DNA of 42,573 nucleotides, from assembly GCA_019749855.1 (NCBI GenBank), contig JAIEPI010000132.1, positions 1 to 42,573 on the forward strand. Direction: 5' to 3'. A program made the position numbers and the translations under genes. Source of the DNA: Rickettsiales bacterium (GTDB taxonomy: Bacteria > Pseudomonadota > Alphaproteobacteria > Rickettsiales > UBA998). Positions 9,571 to 18,206 of the stretch are shown piece by piece (within the stretch, counting starts at the first letter, position 1; each line of letters opens with the position of its first letter). The notes under the pieces were generated by a model, which was not told the DNA's origin, made no database searches, and was given only the letters and a program-made list of their open reading frames with translations.

Positions 9571-12219
9571 TTATGCTGGCGCGCGCTCGCCTTGTCGCTG
9601 CTGCACCGCCGCTTGCGAAATGGCGCCACCTGGGGTTTGCGATTCACCGTCTCGACGATCTTCACCACCCGTGACCCGTGCGGACTGCCCCGCCGTGGCC
9701 GCCTGTGCCTGTGCGGCTACGGAAGCGGAGATTGGCGCACGGTCGTCTGGCGCATCGTAATCGATTCGTTGCGCGCCTCGCCCTGCCTGCCGGTAGTTTT
9801 GGCGATTCTGGTCGCGCCGCTCGGCGCTATGGCTTCCAGCGACGGCTGCCCCTGCTTGTTGACCAAGCTGAACCATACCCGAGACCTGACGATCTTCTGA
9901 AACACCAGCTGCCGCTTGTGCGCGACGAACCGCTTGCGTTCCTAACTCGGCAGTCGCAAAACCGCCTAATCCTGCGGCAACATTCGCCGCTTCTCCTGCC
10001 ACAACCCCTGCCAGCTCACCAGTAGAAATTTCTCCATTCGCCCTTGCTACGGCCGCTGAGGCAATGCTTGGCACAGCCATCGCCGCACCCACGACCGCGC
10101 CCACAACCGGTATATTTCTTGCAACAGCACCAGCGCCGTGCAAAGCGCCACCTAAGCGTGCTAACATTGATCCCCTCGCCGCACCCTCGACCGCCTCTCC
10201 AGCAGCACGCCCTGCGGAGGGGTGGGCCGGTGCTCCTGCCCCCGGACGAATCGTGGCATCAGGATCAGGCGCCGAAGGCGTAGTAGCGGTGGGCGGCGGT
10301 GTCGTTGATACCGCCGGCGGCGGAGTGACATGCCCCTCCGGTGGAGTCGTGGCAGGGGGTGTCGTTCCCGTTGCGTGCGGCTCAGGTGCGGGAGGCGTGG
10401 ACGTTGAGGCTCCCGCCGAAGCTGCTTCTGCACGGCCCTGTTGTAATCTCTGATTGCCCTGACTAAGCGTTTCACGTGGCAAGGTGAGGGCAGTATTACC
10501 CCCGACACTCGTCAAATGCGGGGTTACTTGCTCCGGTGTTAAACCTACACGGCGCGCGGCTTCAGCGGCACTCACATCACCAGAGAACGTCAACTGCACC
10601 TGCGTTGCAGGGCCGCTGCCATGCGTCGCCGCACCCACAATGCCTGAACCAGCGTAAGGGCCACCTTGTAGCGATTGCAGCATTCCCTGATTGGGTTGGA
10701 ACTCTGGTGTAGGGACCGAGGCAGTGGGCGTGGTTGCAGCGGTTGCACGCGGCGGAGCCTCTGTCGTTGTAGCAGACAGAGGTGGCGTTTCGCGTCCCGA
10801 GGTAGTGGCCGGAGGTGTCTCACGTCCGGCGGCGGCTGTTTCTCGGGCTTGGGCTTCTGCGGCAGCACGTTCTTGTGCCATCAGTGCATCGGCGCGAGCC
10901 TCCCCCTCCGCGCGGAGACGAGCGGCAGTTGCTTGCGGCGATTCAGGAACATCCGGTACGGCTGAGGGCGGTGGCGGCGTATGCGCCGCTGCAGTGGTCG
11001 GGCGCACACTAGCCTCGACTGCATCACCAGCAATAAACACGGCGGCACCCTCAGTATTTCCCGGGCGATGACGAATATCAGCCTGCGGAACACCTAGAAG
11101 GCCCGGCAAACTATCCGTAAAATTGGGATGGTGAGTTACGCGAACGCCTGCGACTCCGTTGTCCATGGAAGGAACTACACTCACGTGAGCCTGCATGTGA
11201 GGCGGAATCCGCTCACGCAACGCGGCTAGGGATGCATCTGAAACTCTGGCAGGCTCAGGAGTTGTGGCGGCATGTGGGGTAGTCGCTCCTGAGGTGGGAG
11301 CACGGCTATCAGGAGTCGCAGCAGTTCCATGCGAGGGTGTGTCAGGTGGCGCCGTCGTTCGATCGGCTAGTTCTGGAGAAGGCCGGCCAGAAGCTTCTTC
11401 AAGTGAAGAAACGCGTGCAGTGCGAGGATGATTATCAATCACTTGTCTTGCCGAATCCCCAGCTACCCTTGCATCCACTTCAATAGGCTCATGTCGGTAG
11501 GCGAAAGAGTTACTGTTAACTCCCATTGCCCCTTGACGATTTAAGTCCTGATTAACTGCAAAAATCTCTGCCGCGGATTGCAGGCGTGGATCTACAGGTC
11601 TGCCGTGACGAATATCTGCCGCAAGACTATTTTGAAAAGTGTGGCGTGTCTCGTGAGCTAGTGTTTCAACCGCTTGCTCAAAGCTACTGGCATTACCTAC
11701 ATGCAATTCAACTCTTCGCCCTGTTGCAGAGCCTGCACGGGGGTCATGCGATGCATCATAATAACTCACGTCAAAACTATGAGGATATGACTGTGCCAAC
11801 GCACCTTCCACATGCTGGAGTGCTCGAGTCCTCTCTTCAATGGAAAGATTGGGCCACTCAGCTCTGGCTCTCTGCACTTCAGGTGTGTCCAAGACACCAC
11901 TAAGATTTTGGGCCACACGTCCATCAATCTCTTGAAGGGCAGCTCGCGAGGCTTCGTCAGGGCGCATTGATCGATAAGCATCAACAACTTGTGCTTGACG
12001 TTCAGGAGACTGCCCAGCCCCCGTGGCCTCTAGTGTGCCAATCAATTGACGTCTGTCACCTTCGCTTAATCCGCTAAGTGGTCGATGTATGGCGGGAGGT
12101 TCGTAAGTTTCGCGTCGCGCAACTATATCTCTGATTCTGGCCGCTTCCGCTTCCAGATCGGCAAAAAAACTATCAGGAATAGCTGCCCGCGCAGTTGATT
12201 CTGGTGTGGATTCCGCCAT
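9571..12219 (-). CDS. Large orphan protein (882 aa) with a zincin-like HExxHxxQ N-terminal domain, a Pro/Thr/Ala-rich linker and a Gly/Ala-rich hydrophobic C-terminal region
   Basis: 2.65-kb open frame that is visibly more GC-rich than its flanks. AHETRH is encoded at 11641-11658. SATGRRVELHVGNASSFEQAVETLAHETRHTFQ resembles the DUF4157 core. GxxxG-type segments lie near residues 690-770. No Sec signal peptide. Confidence 0.7.
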   Translation of the reverse strand: MAESTPESTARAAIPDSFFADLEAEAARIRDIVARRETYEPPAIHRPLSGLSEGDRRQLIGTLEATGAGQSPERQAQVVDAYRSMRPDEASRAALQEIDGRVAQNLSGVLDTPEVQRARAEWPNLSIEERTRALQHVEGALAQSYPHSFDVSYYDASHDPRAGSATGRRVELHVGNASSFEQAVETLAHETRHTFQNSLAADIRHGRPVDPRLQSAAEIFAVNQDLNRQGAMGVNSNSFAYRHEPIEVDARVAGDSARQVIDNHPRTARVSSLEEASGRPSPELADRTTAPPDTPSHGTAATPDSRAPTSGATTPHAATTPEPARVSDASLAALRERIPPHMQAHVSVVPSMDNGVAGVRVTHHPNFTDSLPGLLGVPQADIRHRPGNTEGAAVFIAGDAVEASVRPTTAAAHTPPPPSAVPDVPESPQATAARLRAEGEARADALMAQERAAAEAQARETAAAGRETPPATTSGRETPPLSATTTEAPPRATAATTPTASVPTPEFQPNQGMLQSLQGGPYAGSGIVGAATHGSGPATQVQLTFSGDVSAAEAARRVGLTPEQVTPHLTSVGGNTALTLPRETLSQGNQRLQQGRAEAASAGASTSTPPAPEPHATGTTPPATTPPEGHVTPPPAVSTTPPPTATTPSAPDPDATIRPGAGAPAHPSAGRAAGEAVEGAARGSMLARLGGALHGAGAVARNIPVVGAVVGAAMAVPSIASAAVARANGEISTGELAGVVAGEAANVAAGLGGFATAELGTQAVRRAQAAAGVSEDRQVSGMVQLGQQAGAAVAGSHSAERRDQNRQNYRQAGRGAQRIDYDAPDDRAPISASVAAQAQAATAGQSARVTGGEDRRDGESQTPGGAISQAAVQQRQGERAPA

Positions 12220-12330
12220 TTGGTACTCGCCTAAGTCTCTTAATCTAGACAGGATACACCAAACTTGATTAACGATTCTTAAATTATTGCCGCTAATATT
12301 AGGAGTAATTTTAATTAAATCTTATGTATT

Positions 12331-12768
12331 TCACCGCGCTTCGGCGGGGGGCTTGTTGAAGCGGCCCACATTACCCATCAACTGCTCGAAGAAGCCAAGC
12401 TCATGCCCTTCGGTGGGGGTCACATCGCGGGTGATTTCAATATCGCGCCGTTCATTGAGCTGATGCTTCTTCACATCGGTGACCATGCCATCGGCATCAA
12501 ACGTTACCTGCGTCACCTGCTGCTTGGTCACTTCGGGCGCCATGAAGCCAAATGCCTCCTTCTGCGCCGTGATGTAGTACCAGCGCTCCTCACCGAAATT
12601 GGAGGTGGTGGAGGGCGAGCCGAGCAACTGCATCACATCCTGCCGGTAACTGCGACCCACGACAATTTTTTCCATGTTCTTTTGCGCATCCACATGCCCA
12701 CGCGCATCCACTTTCGGCGCGCAGCTCAGCAAAACGAGGCAGCATGCCAGTCCAATGGGCTGGCGCAT
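12331..12768 (-). CDS. bamE: Outer-membrane assembly lipoprotein BamE (SmpA/OmlA)
   Basis: MRQPIGLACCLVLLSC lipobox followed by GRSYRQDVMQLLGSPSTTSNFGEERWYYI (SmpA_OmlA). The ORF-track start at 12831 is a TTG that overlaps the divergent gene. ATG starts at 12807 or 12768 are more plausible, and the 5' end remains uncertain. Confidence 0.85.
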   Translation of the reverse strand: MRQPIGLACCLVLLSCAPKVDARGHVDAQKNMEKIVVGRSYRQDVMQLLGSPSTTSNFGEERWYYITAQKEAFGFMAPEVTKQQVTQVTFDADGMVTDVKKHQLNERRDIEITRDVTPTEGHELGFFEQLMGNVGRFNKPPAEAR

Positions 12769-12823
12769 ACCGTGCAAATACTGATATAAAGTGGGGAATA
12801 ATCGCATCAGATAAGGACGCCAG

Positions 12824-13381
12824 ATGCTCAACCAGTTGACTCGCCTGTTTTTTCCGTCCGCTGAACGTCAGCGGGCGCACCTCATCTATGTAGCACTGGT
12901 GGAGCAGTCACGAAACCCCTTTTTCTACACCACAAGGCAAGTACCCGATACGCTGGATGGCCGCTTCGAATTAATCCTGCTGCATATGTATCTGGTGTTG
13001 CATCGTTTAAAGGCAGCACATGGCGGGCAGTTTGACGCGAAAGAAAGCGGCTTTGAGCGTGAATTGATTGAAGTGTTTGTCGAGGATATGGATCGCTCGT
13101 TGCGCGAAATTGGCGTCGGTGATCTCGGGGTTGGTCGCCGTGTAAAAGTCATGGCCAATGCGTTTTACGGCCGCTTGCAATCCTATGAAACGGCCCGTCA
13201 GGCTGATGCAGCCGTGCTACAGGATTCACTGGCGCGCAATCTGTACGGAACCACGCAGGCAACACCTGACACGCTGGCGGCGATGGAGGATTATGTGCAA
13301 ACATCCGTAACCGAGTTAGCGGCGCAACCACTCGCCACCATTCAGGAAGGGCGCATCACATTCCTTGCGATGGGCGCATAA
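12824..13381 (+). CDS. Ubiquinol-cytochrome c chaperone (Cbp3-like) family protein
   Basis: ATG start. YVALVEQSRNPFFY...VPDTLDGRFELILLHMYLVLHRL...FVEDMDRSLREIGVGDLGVGRRVK is typical of the Ubiq_cyt_C_chap domain. Confidence 0.85.
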   Translation: MLNQLTRLFFPSAERQRAHLIYVALVEQSRNPFFYTTRQVPDTLDGRFELILLHMYLVLHRLKAAHGGQFDAKESGFERELIEVFVEDMDRSLREIGVGDLGVGRRVKVMANAFYGRLQSYETARQADAAVLQDSLARNLYGTTQATPDTLAAMEDYVQTSVTELAAQPLATIQEGRITFLAMGA

Positions 13382-14346
13382 AAACGCTCCTTCAAGCGCA
13401 CCAGACTGTATAGCCCATTGAGATGCGGCATTTCCACTTCCAGCCATTTACCAATCTCGCGCACCGCGCCCACAATGGCCTCAATCTCTGTCGGTCTCCC
13501 CGCTTCCATATCCTGCAGCATCGAGGTTTTATGGCCACGCAACGCGGAGGCCGCATCAAGCTTTTGCGAAGGTCGCACGCTAAAATGGATGCCAATTTTT
13601 TCGCCCACCATCCGCGCTTCATTCATGATGGCTTCCATCAGATCCGTATCGTGATAATGCTCCACCACCGCGTCCATTGTCGCGTGGGTGAGCGCGGTCA
13701 CCGGATTAAAGGCGATATTGCCCCATAATTTATCCCAGATTTGACTGCGAATATCCTCCAATGCCTGTGTGCGAATAGCGCCTGAGCGTAACAGCGCCTC
13801 CAGCTGCAACAAACGGGGGCTTAAGCTGCGATCCGGCTCACCGATAAACAGTGTGTTATAGGGCATATCCATGAAGTGGATTTCACCCGGCTTAGTGATG
13901 GTGGTGGCCTGATAGGTGGCCGTGCCAATCACCTGTGCACGCGGCAATGTTTTCCAGATAACGCTGTCAGGATCGAGCGAGTGCAGTCGCGTGCCGTCAA
14001 AGCGCCCCCCATGCGCATGAAAATACCACCAGGGCAAGCCATTGAGCACAAAAACTACAAGAGATTCCTCATGCAACAGGGCGGCAATCTGAGTCGCGGC
14101 GTCTGCTACCGCATGCGCTTTCACACACACGATGACCACATCCTGCGGAGGCAGTGGATGCGAGGCTTCGACCACCCGCACCGGCACACGATGGTCGCGC
14201 TCAGAGGTCACCATCCGTAGCCCTGATGCCTGCATGGCTTCTGCGTGCGCGCCACGGGCCACCATCACCACATCAGCCCCCGAGTGTGTCAAGCGACCGC
14301 CTAATTCACTGCCAATGGCACCGGCACCAAAAATACAGATTTTCAT
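13342..14346 (-). CDS. panE: 2-dehydropantoate 2-reductase (ApbA/PanE family)
   Basis: N-terminal MKICIFGAGAIGSELGG Rossmann motif and ApbA_C-like C-terminal half (KTSMLQDMEAGRPTEIEAIVG). Convergent 40-nt overlap with the preceding gene. Confidence 0.85.
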   Translation of the reverse strand: MKICIFGAGAIGSELGGRLTHSGADVVMVARGAHAEAMQASGLRMVTSERDHRVPVRVVEASHPLPPQDVVIVCVKAHAVADAATQIAALLHEESLVVFVLNGLPWWYFHAHGGRFDGTRLHSLDPDSVIWKTLPRAQVIGTATYQATTITKPGEIHFMDMPYNTLFIGEPDRSLSPRLLQLEALLRSGAIRTQALEDIRSQIWDKLWGNIAFNPVTALTHATMDAVVEHYHDTDLMEAIMNEARMVGEKIGIHFSVRPSQKLDAASALRGHKTSMLQDMEAGRPTEIEAIVGAVREIGKWLEVEMPHLNGLYSLVRLKERFYAPIARNVMRPS

Positions 14347-14509
14347 TTCTTCGCACCCTCTGTTGTCCCTGAAATCTACCGCTTATCTGTGTAGGCACAG
14401 ACGGGAGTGGACGCCATGTTTTTTATACATTGTACATGAGGGAGAAAACGACGAAAGAGCCAGTGAGTGCTGTATAGTTTGGATTCACTAACGTGCAGAA
14501 ACCAGCCGA

Positions 14510-15295
14510 CTAAGCGCTGGTGGCAATAGTGGTCAATGCAACTGTTTGCGCCCCATCAACGTCCGCACTCTCATCAATGGATGAGGACCGGAGGTTGGCT
14601 TCATTACGTGCGGAGGATGCAAAATAGGCTTTCACCCCTGTTTCACGCACCAGCGAAGGCTCACTACGTGACAACACACTCGCCACAAAAGCAGGGCGGT
14701 TATCGTTACTGGCTGCGCGAATCTGGGTGTTATTATTGGCGGCCGTTTGCACCACCACCGCAGCAACCGTAGGGGTATTGACAATGGCCTGACGCGAAGA
14801 AGCCGCTTCTGCTGCGTTTAGTAAAGCAGCCACGCCTGAGGGCGGTGATGGCGGTTTCGACGCATTGCTTGGCTTGTATTTGGTCTGGGTGAACAGCTCA
14901 ATCAAACGCACATCAAGTACGGAGCTCGGAACATTCTCTGTTGCCAGTTGTACCTGCAGGCTCGCGCTATCCTGCGCGGGCAACTGGGCAAAAATTTGTG
15001 CCAGAAACTGTGATGAATAACGGATCGACGACACGTTTAAAGAGGCGCTGGATGAAGCATAACCCCCTGCACTGGACGTGGCGGCGCTGACGTCGGCTTC
15101 ACTGGATAGTGGAGATGCCGGTGTGGACACACTACCACGCAACTGATTTTCAATGCGCCCTTCGGCTGGAGTCGATGCGACCGCATAGCTTGCCAGACGA
15201 ACGCCCGAGGTCACCGCCGGCACAGTTGTGGTCACAATAGGAGCACTGAGCGTGGGCGTCACGGGTGTTGGCGCGGGAAGAATATTCGTTAACAT
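14510..15295 (-). CDS. Ser/Ala/Thr-rich hypothetical protein (261 aa)
   Basis: ATG start preceded by GGAG at 5-nt spacing. Composition is low-complexity, with no signal peptide, no transmembrane helix and no recognisable domain. Confidence 0.55.
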   Translation of the reverse strand: MLTNILPAPTPVTPTLSAPIVTTTVPAVTSGVRLASYAVASTPAEGRIENQLRGSVSTPASPLSSEADVSAATSSAGGYASSSASLNVSSIRYSSQFLAQIFAQLPAQDSASLQVQLATENVPSSVLDVRLIELFTQTKYKPSNASKPPSPPSGVAALLNAAEAASSRQAIVNTPTVAAVVVQTAANNNTQIRAASNDNRPAFVASVLSRSEPSLVRETGVKAYFASSARNEANLRSSSIDESADVDGAQTVALTTIATSA

Positions 15296-15446
15296 TTTTC
15301 TCCTAAATACATCATAGACAGATGTTTATCCTATATATATTAACATTTATTCATGTTTTGTCAAGGTTGCCGCCCCTCCTCATAGCCGTCATGGATTGAT
15401 TTCTGATAGATGCAAGCTATAGTGTGTTAAAAATGGAGCCTAATAT

Positions 15447-16121
15447 ATGCGCTGGGTATTTGTTTCCGGAATTTTAGGTATCGCCATCATTCTTGCCAGT
15501 AGCATGATGTGGTTTGGGCATGAGCGATTTCAATCTTCCGCTAACGAACTAGCCTCAACTAATGAGTCGTCCTCGGCCAATGATTTGGCGGGCTTAACAC
15601 CCGCAGCTGGCAGCGGCAAAGCCTCCATTGGCGGTGATTTTACCCTGACAGATCAAAACGGAAATATCGTTCATTCCGCTGATTTAAAAGGAAAGTTCGT
15701 CCTCATTGCTTTTGGTTTTACCTTCTGCCCCGATGTGTGTCCAACCACACTATCCACCATGACGCAGGCACTCAACACGATTGGCGATCTGTCGAATATG
15801 GTTCAGCCGGTCTTTGTCAGTGTCGATCCGGAGCGTGATACACCGGCTGTCCTGAAAGCCTATGCTAGCGGTTTTCATCCACGCTTGCTGGCCTTATCCG
15901 GCACGCAAGAACAAACCCGTGAAGTGACGGATGCTTATAAGGTTTATTATCAAAGCCATAAAGAGAGCCCTACTGATACGAATTATTTGGTGGATCACTC
16001 GAGCTTCATCTATCTCATGGGGCCCAATGGCGAATACATCACCCATTTTGCTTATTCCATGCCTGCTTCTGAAATGTCAGTTCGCCTGACGGAAATTTTG
16101 CAGGGCGACAATGCATATTAA
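15447..16121 (+). CDS. SCO1/SenC copper chaperone (thioredoxin fold)
   Basis: N-terminal membrane anchor, CPDVCP (CxxxC) copper-binding motif, and a downstream conserved His (VDHSSFIYLMG). Confidence 0.92.
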   Translation: MRWVFVSGILGIAIILASSMMWFGHERFQSSANELASTNESSSANDLAGLTPAAGSGKASIGGDFTLTDQNGNIVHSADLKGKFVLIAFGFTFCPDVCPTTLSTMTQALNTIGDLSNMVQPVFVSVDPERDTPAVLKAYASGFHPRLLALSGTQEQTREVTDAYKVYYQSHKESPTDTNYLVDHSSFIYLMGPNGEYITHFAYSMPASEMSVRLTEILQGDNAY

Positions 16122-16608
16122 GTCATTGTTTCGTTTCTTTGTTTTCTTTTTATTGGTGTGGGCTACCACCACGGACGCAGCACGGGCCGCCTCGCTGGAA
16201 AACATCACTGTGAGCGATGCCTGGTCGCCGCCACGCCTGTCAGGCAGTCATGTGGGAGTGGCTTTTGCCACGTTCCATAATCAATCTTCAGAAGATATCA
16301 CGCTGCATAGCTTAAGCACGCCGCTAGCTAAAACCGTTGAGATTCATACGCATAACCTTTCCGATGACGGTATCATGCGGATGCAAAAGCTGGACTCGCT
16401 CACCATTCCAGCGGGAGGCAGCGTCACCCTGAAGCCGGGCGGCTTACACTTAATGTTGATGGACTTAGACCAGAATGTCACCGCCGAGGATCATTTTCCT
16501 ATCACGCTGCAAGATGCTTCGGGCATGAAACGCTTTATAGTGAATGTACGACAAAACAATCCTTTGTCGTCTCCCCCTGCGTTGGATAATGCTGCGGGCA
16601 CAGATTAA
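16111..16608 (+). CDS. Periplasmic copper chaperone PCu(A)C (DUF461)
   Basis: Signal peptide, then ...EIHTH....MRM...GGLHLMLMDL, the H(M)x10Mx21HxM-type motif. Overlaps the SCO1 gene by 11 nt, which suggests an operon. Confidence 0.88.
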   Translation: MHIKSLFRFFVFFLLVWATTTDAARAASLENITVSDAWSPPRLSGSHVGVAFATFHNQSSEDITLHSLSTPLAKTVEIHTHNLSDDGIMRMQKLDSLTIPAGGSVTLKPGGLHLMLMDLDQNVTAEDHFPITLQDASGMKRFIVNVRQNNPLSSPPALDNAAGTD

Positions 16609-16677
16609 AACGCTGAACCTCTCTGATTTTTACCATATCTTAAGGCGAACGCGGCACACTACGAGGATCAAAAAACC

Positions 16678-17358
16678 ATGCGCTCCGCTTTTGCAATGTC
16701 ATCCCCTGCCAAAACAGCTTGCACGAACTCTGGTATCCGTCGCGGCTTCATGTTTGTACTTTCGTCACCTTCTGGCGCGGGTAAAACAACGCTCTCACGA
16801 CTATTGCTACAACAGGAAACGGATGTACGCATGTCGGTTTCCGTGACAACCCGCCCTCAGCGTCCCGGAGAAAAAGACGGAATAGACTACCGTTTTGTGA
16901 CACAGAACATGTTTCAGCAAATGATTATTGAAGACGAATTACTGGAACATGCCACCGTCTTTGGTCATTCTTATGGTACACCGAGACATCACGTTGAGGA
17001 GGCATTGCTTGCCGGCACCGACATGCTGTTTGATATTGACTGGCAAGGCACGCATCAGCTCAAAGAGAAACGGCCCGAGGATTTAGCCAGTATTTTCATA
17101 CTCCCCCCCTCCATGGCGGAGCTGGAAAACCGTCTGCGAAAGCGCGCGCAGGATAGTGACGAAGTAGTGCGCCACCGTATGGCAAAAGCGGCTGACGAGA
17201 TCGTCCATTGGAATGAATATGACTACATTGTCATCAATCATGACCTCACAGAAACTCTGGAGCAAATTCGTCATATCCTGAAAGCCGAGCGCTTACGTCG
17301 TGACCGGCAAACCACCCTGCCCGCCTTTGTGCAGCGACTGTGCACGGAGCGTCCCTAG
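16678..17358 (+). CDS. gmk: Guanylate kinase
   Basis: P-loop LSSPSGAGKTT, then TTRPQRPGEKDGIDYRFV and DIDWQG motifs. The start could instead be the second Met at 16696. Confidence 0.93.
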   Translation: MRSAFAMSSPAKTACTNSGIRRGFMFVLSSPSGAGKTTLSRLLLQQETDVRMSVSVTTRPQRPGEKDGIDYRFVTQNMFQQMIIEDELLEHATVFGHSYGTPRHHVEEALLAGTDMLFDIDWQGTHQLKEKRPEDLASIFILPPSMAELENRLRKRAQDSDEVVRHRMAKAADEIVHWNEYDYIVINHDLTETLEQIRHILKAERLRRDRQTTLPAFVQRLCTERP

Positions 17359-18206
17359 CGTTGTGGATAGGTCTGAATCAGACGCCCAAATTCCTCTAAA
17401 CTCAATGTCTCTGCGCGACGCGTGGGATCAATATTTGCTGCTTCCAGCCATGTCTCTGTCGGCACTCCCAACGACTTCAGTGCCCCGCGCAGCATTTTGC
17501 GGCGTTGACCAAAAGCTGCGGCCACTATTTTCTCTGCACGCAAAAAATCTGCGACAAAGAGTGGACTGGAACGAGGGGTCAGCACCACCAGACTGGAGAC
17601 TACTTTGGGTGGCGGCGTAAAGGCACCCGCCGGCAGATCAAAGCCCGCTGATACCTCACATAACCATTGTGCCATCACCGCCAGTCGCCCGTAAGCTGCC
17701 TCATTGGGCGCAGCCCAGATGCGTTCAGCCACCTCTCGTTGAAACATCAACACCATCCGCGTCACCACTGATGGCCCATGGCAAGCAATATCTCTCAACC
17801 AGCGTATCAATAAGGGCGTACCAATATTATAGGGCAGATTGGCAATAATCACTCGCGGCGCCGGTGAGATGGATGCTAACTCCACCTGCATCGCGTCCTG
17901 TGAAATAATTGTCAGCTTGCCATGCGTGGCGTCCGATAACTGACCCAGCCACGGAATAAATCGTGTGTCCAACTCAATCGCGGTGACGCTTGCTGCCGCT
18001 GAGCGTAATAATTCGCGGGTTAAGGCACCAGGCCCGGGCCCAATCTCCACCACATGTTGCCCCTCTAAGTTGCCAGCCAGCGCGACAATGCGCGCCAGTA
18101 TCGCCTCATCGGTCAGAAAATGCTGTCCTAAGCGCTTATCAGCTCGCAGTGTTTCTGCACGAATCCATTCACGTACGGATGGCAAATGGACAAATGGATC
18201 GCTCAT
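17355..18206 (-). CDS. rsmA: 16S rRNA (adenine1518/1519-N6)-dimethyltransferase
   Basis: LGQHFLTDEAILARIV, VVEIGPGPGALT (SAM-binding) and ANLPYNIGTPLL motifs. Confidence 0.93.
   Translation of the reverse strand: MSDPFVHLPSVREWIRAETLRADKRLGQHFLTDEAILARIVALAGNLEGQHVVEIGPGPGALTRELLRSAAASVTAIELDTRFIPWLGQLSDATHGKLTIISQDAMQVELASISPAPRVIIANLPYNIGTPLLIRWLRDIACHGPSVVTRMVLMFQREVAERIWAAPNEAAYGRLAVMAQWLCEVSAGFDLPAGAFTPPPKVVSSLVVLTPRSSPLFVADFLRAEKIVAAAFGQRRKMLRGALKSLGVPTETWLEAANIDPTRRAETLSLEEFGRLIQTYPQR

Noticed and set aside
9417-9674. 85-aa ORF overlapping tRNA-Arg
   Set aside because: It runs straight through a canonical tRNA gene and into the antisense of the 882-aa gene, so it is not credible as coding.
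10064-10453. Multiple 60-130-aa ORFs on both strands inside 9571-12219
   Set aside because: Open alternative frames are expected in a GC-rich region. All are nested in the much longer 882-aa frame, which has a globular, motif-bearing N-terminal domain.
12807-12831. ORF-track start of bamE at 12831
   Set aside because: The codon is TTG and overlaps the ATG of the divergent chaperone gene. A lipoprotein signal peptide begins at the downstream Met (12768), so the 5' extension is unlikely to be translated.
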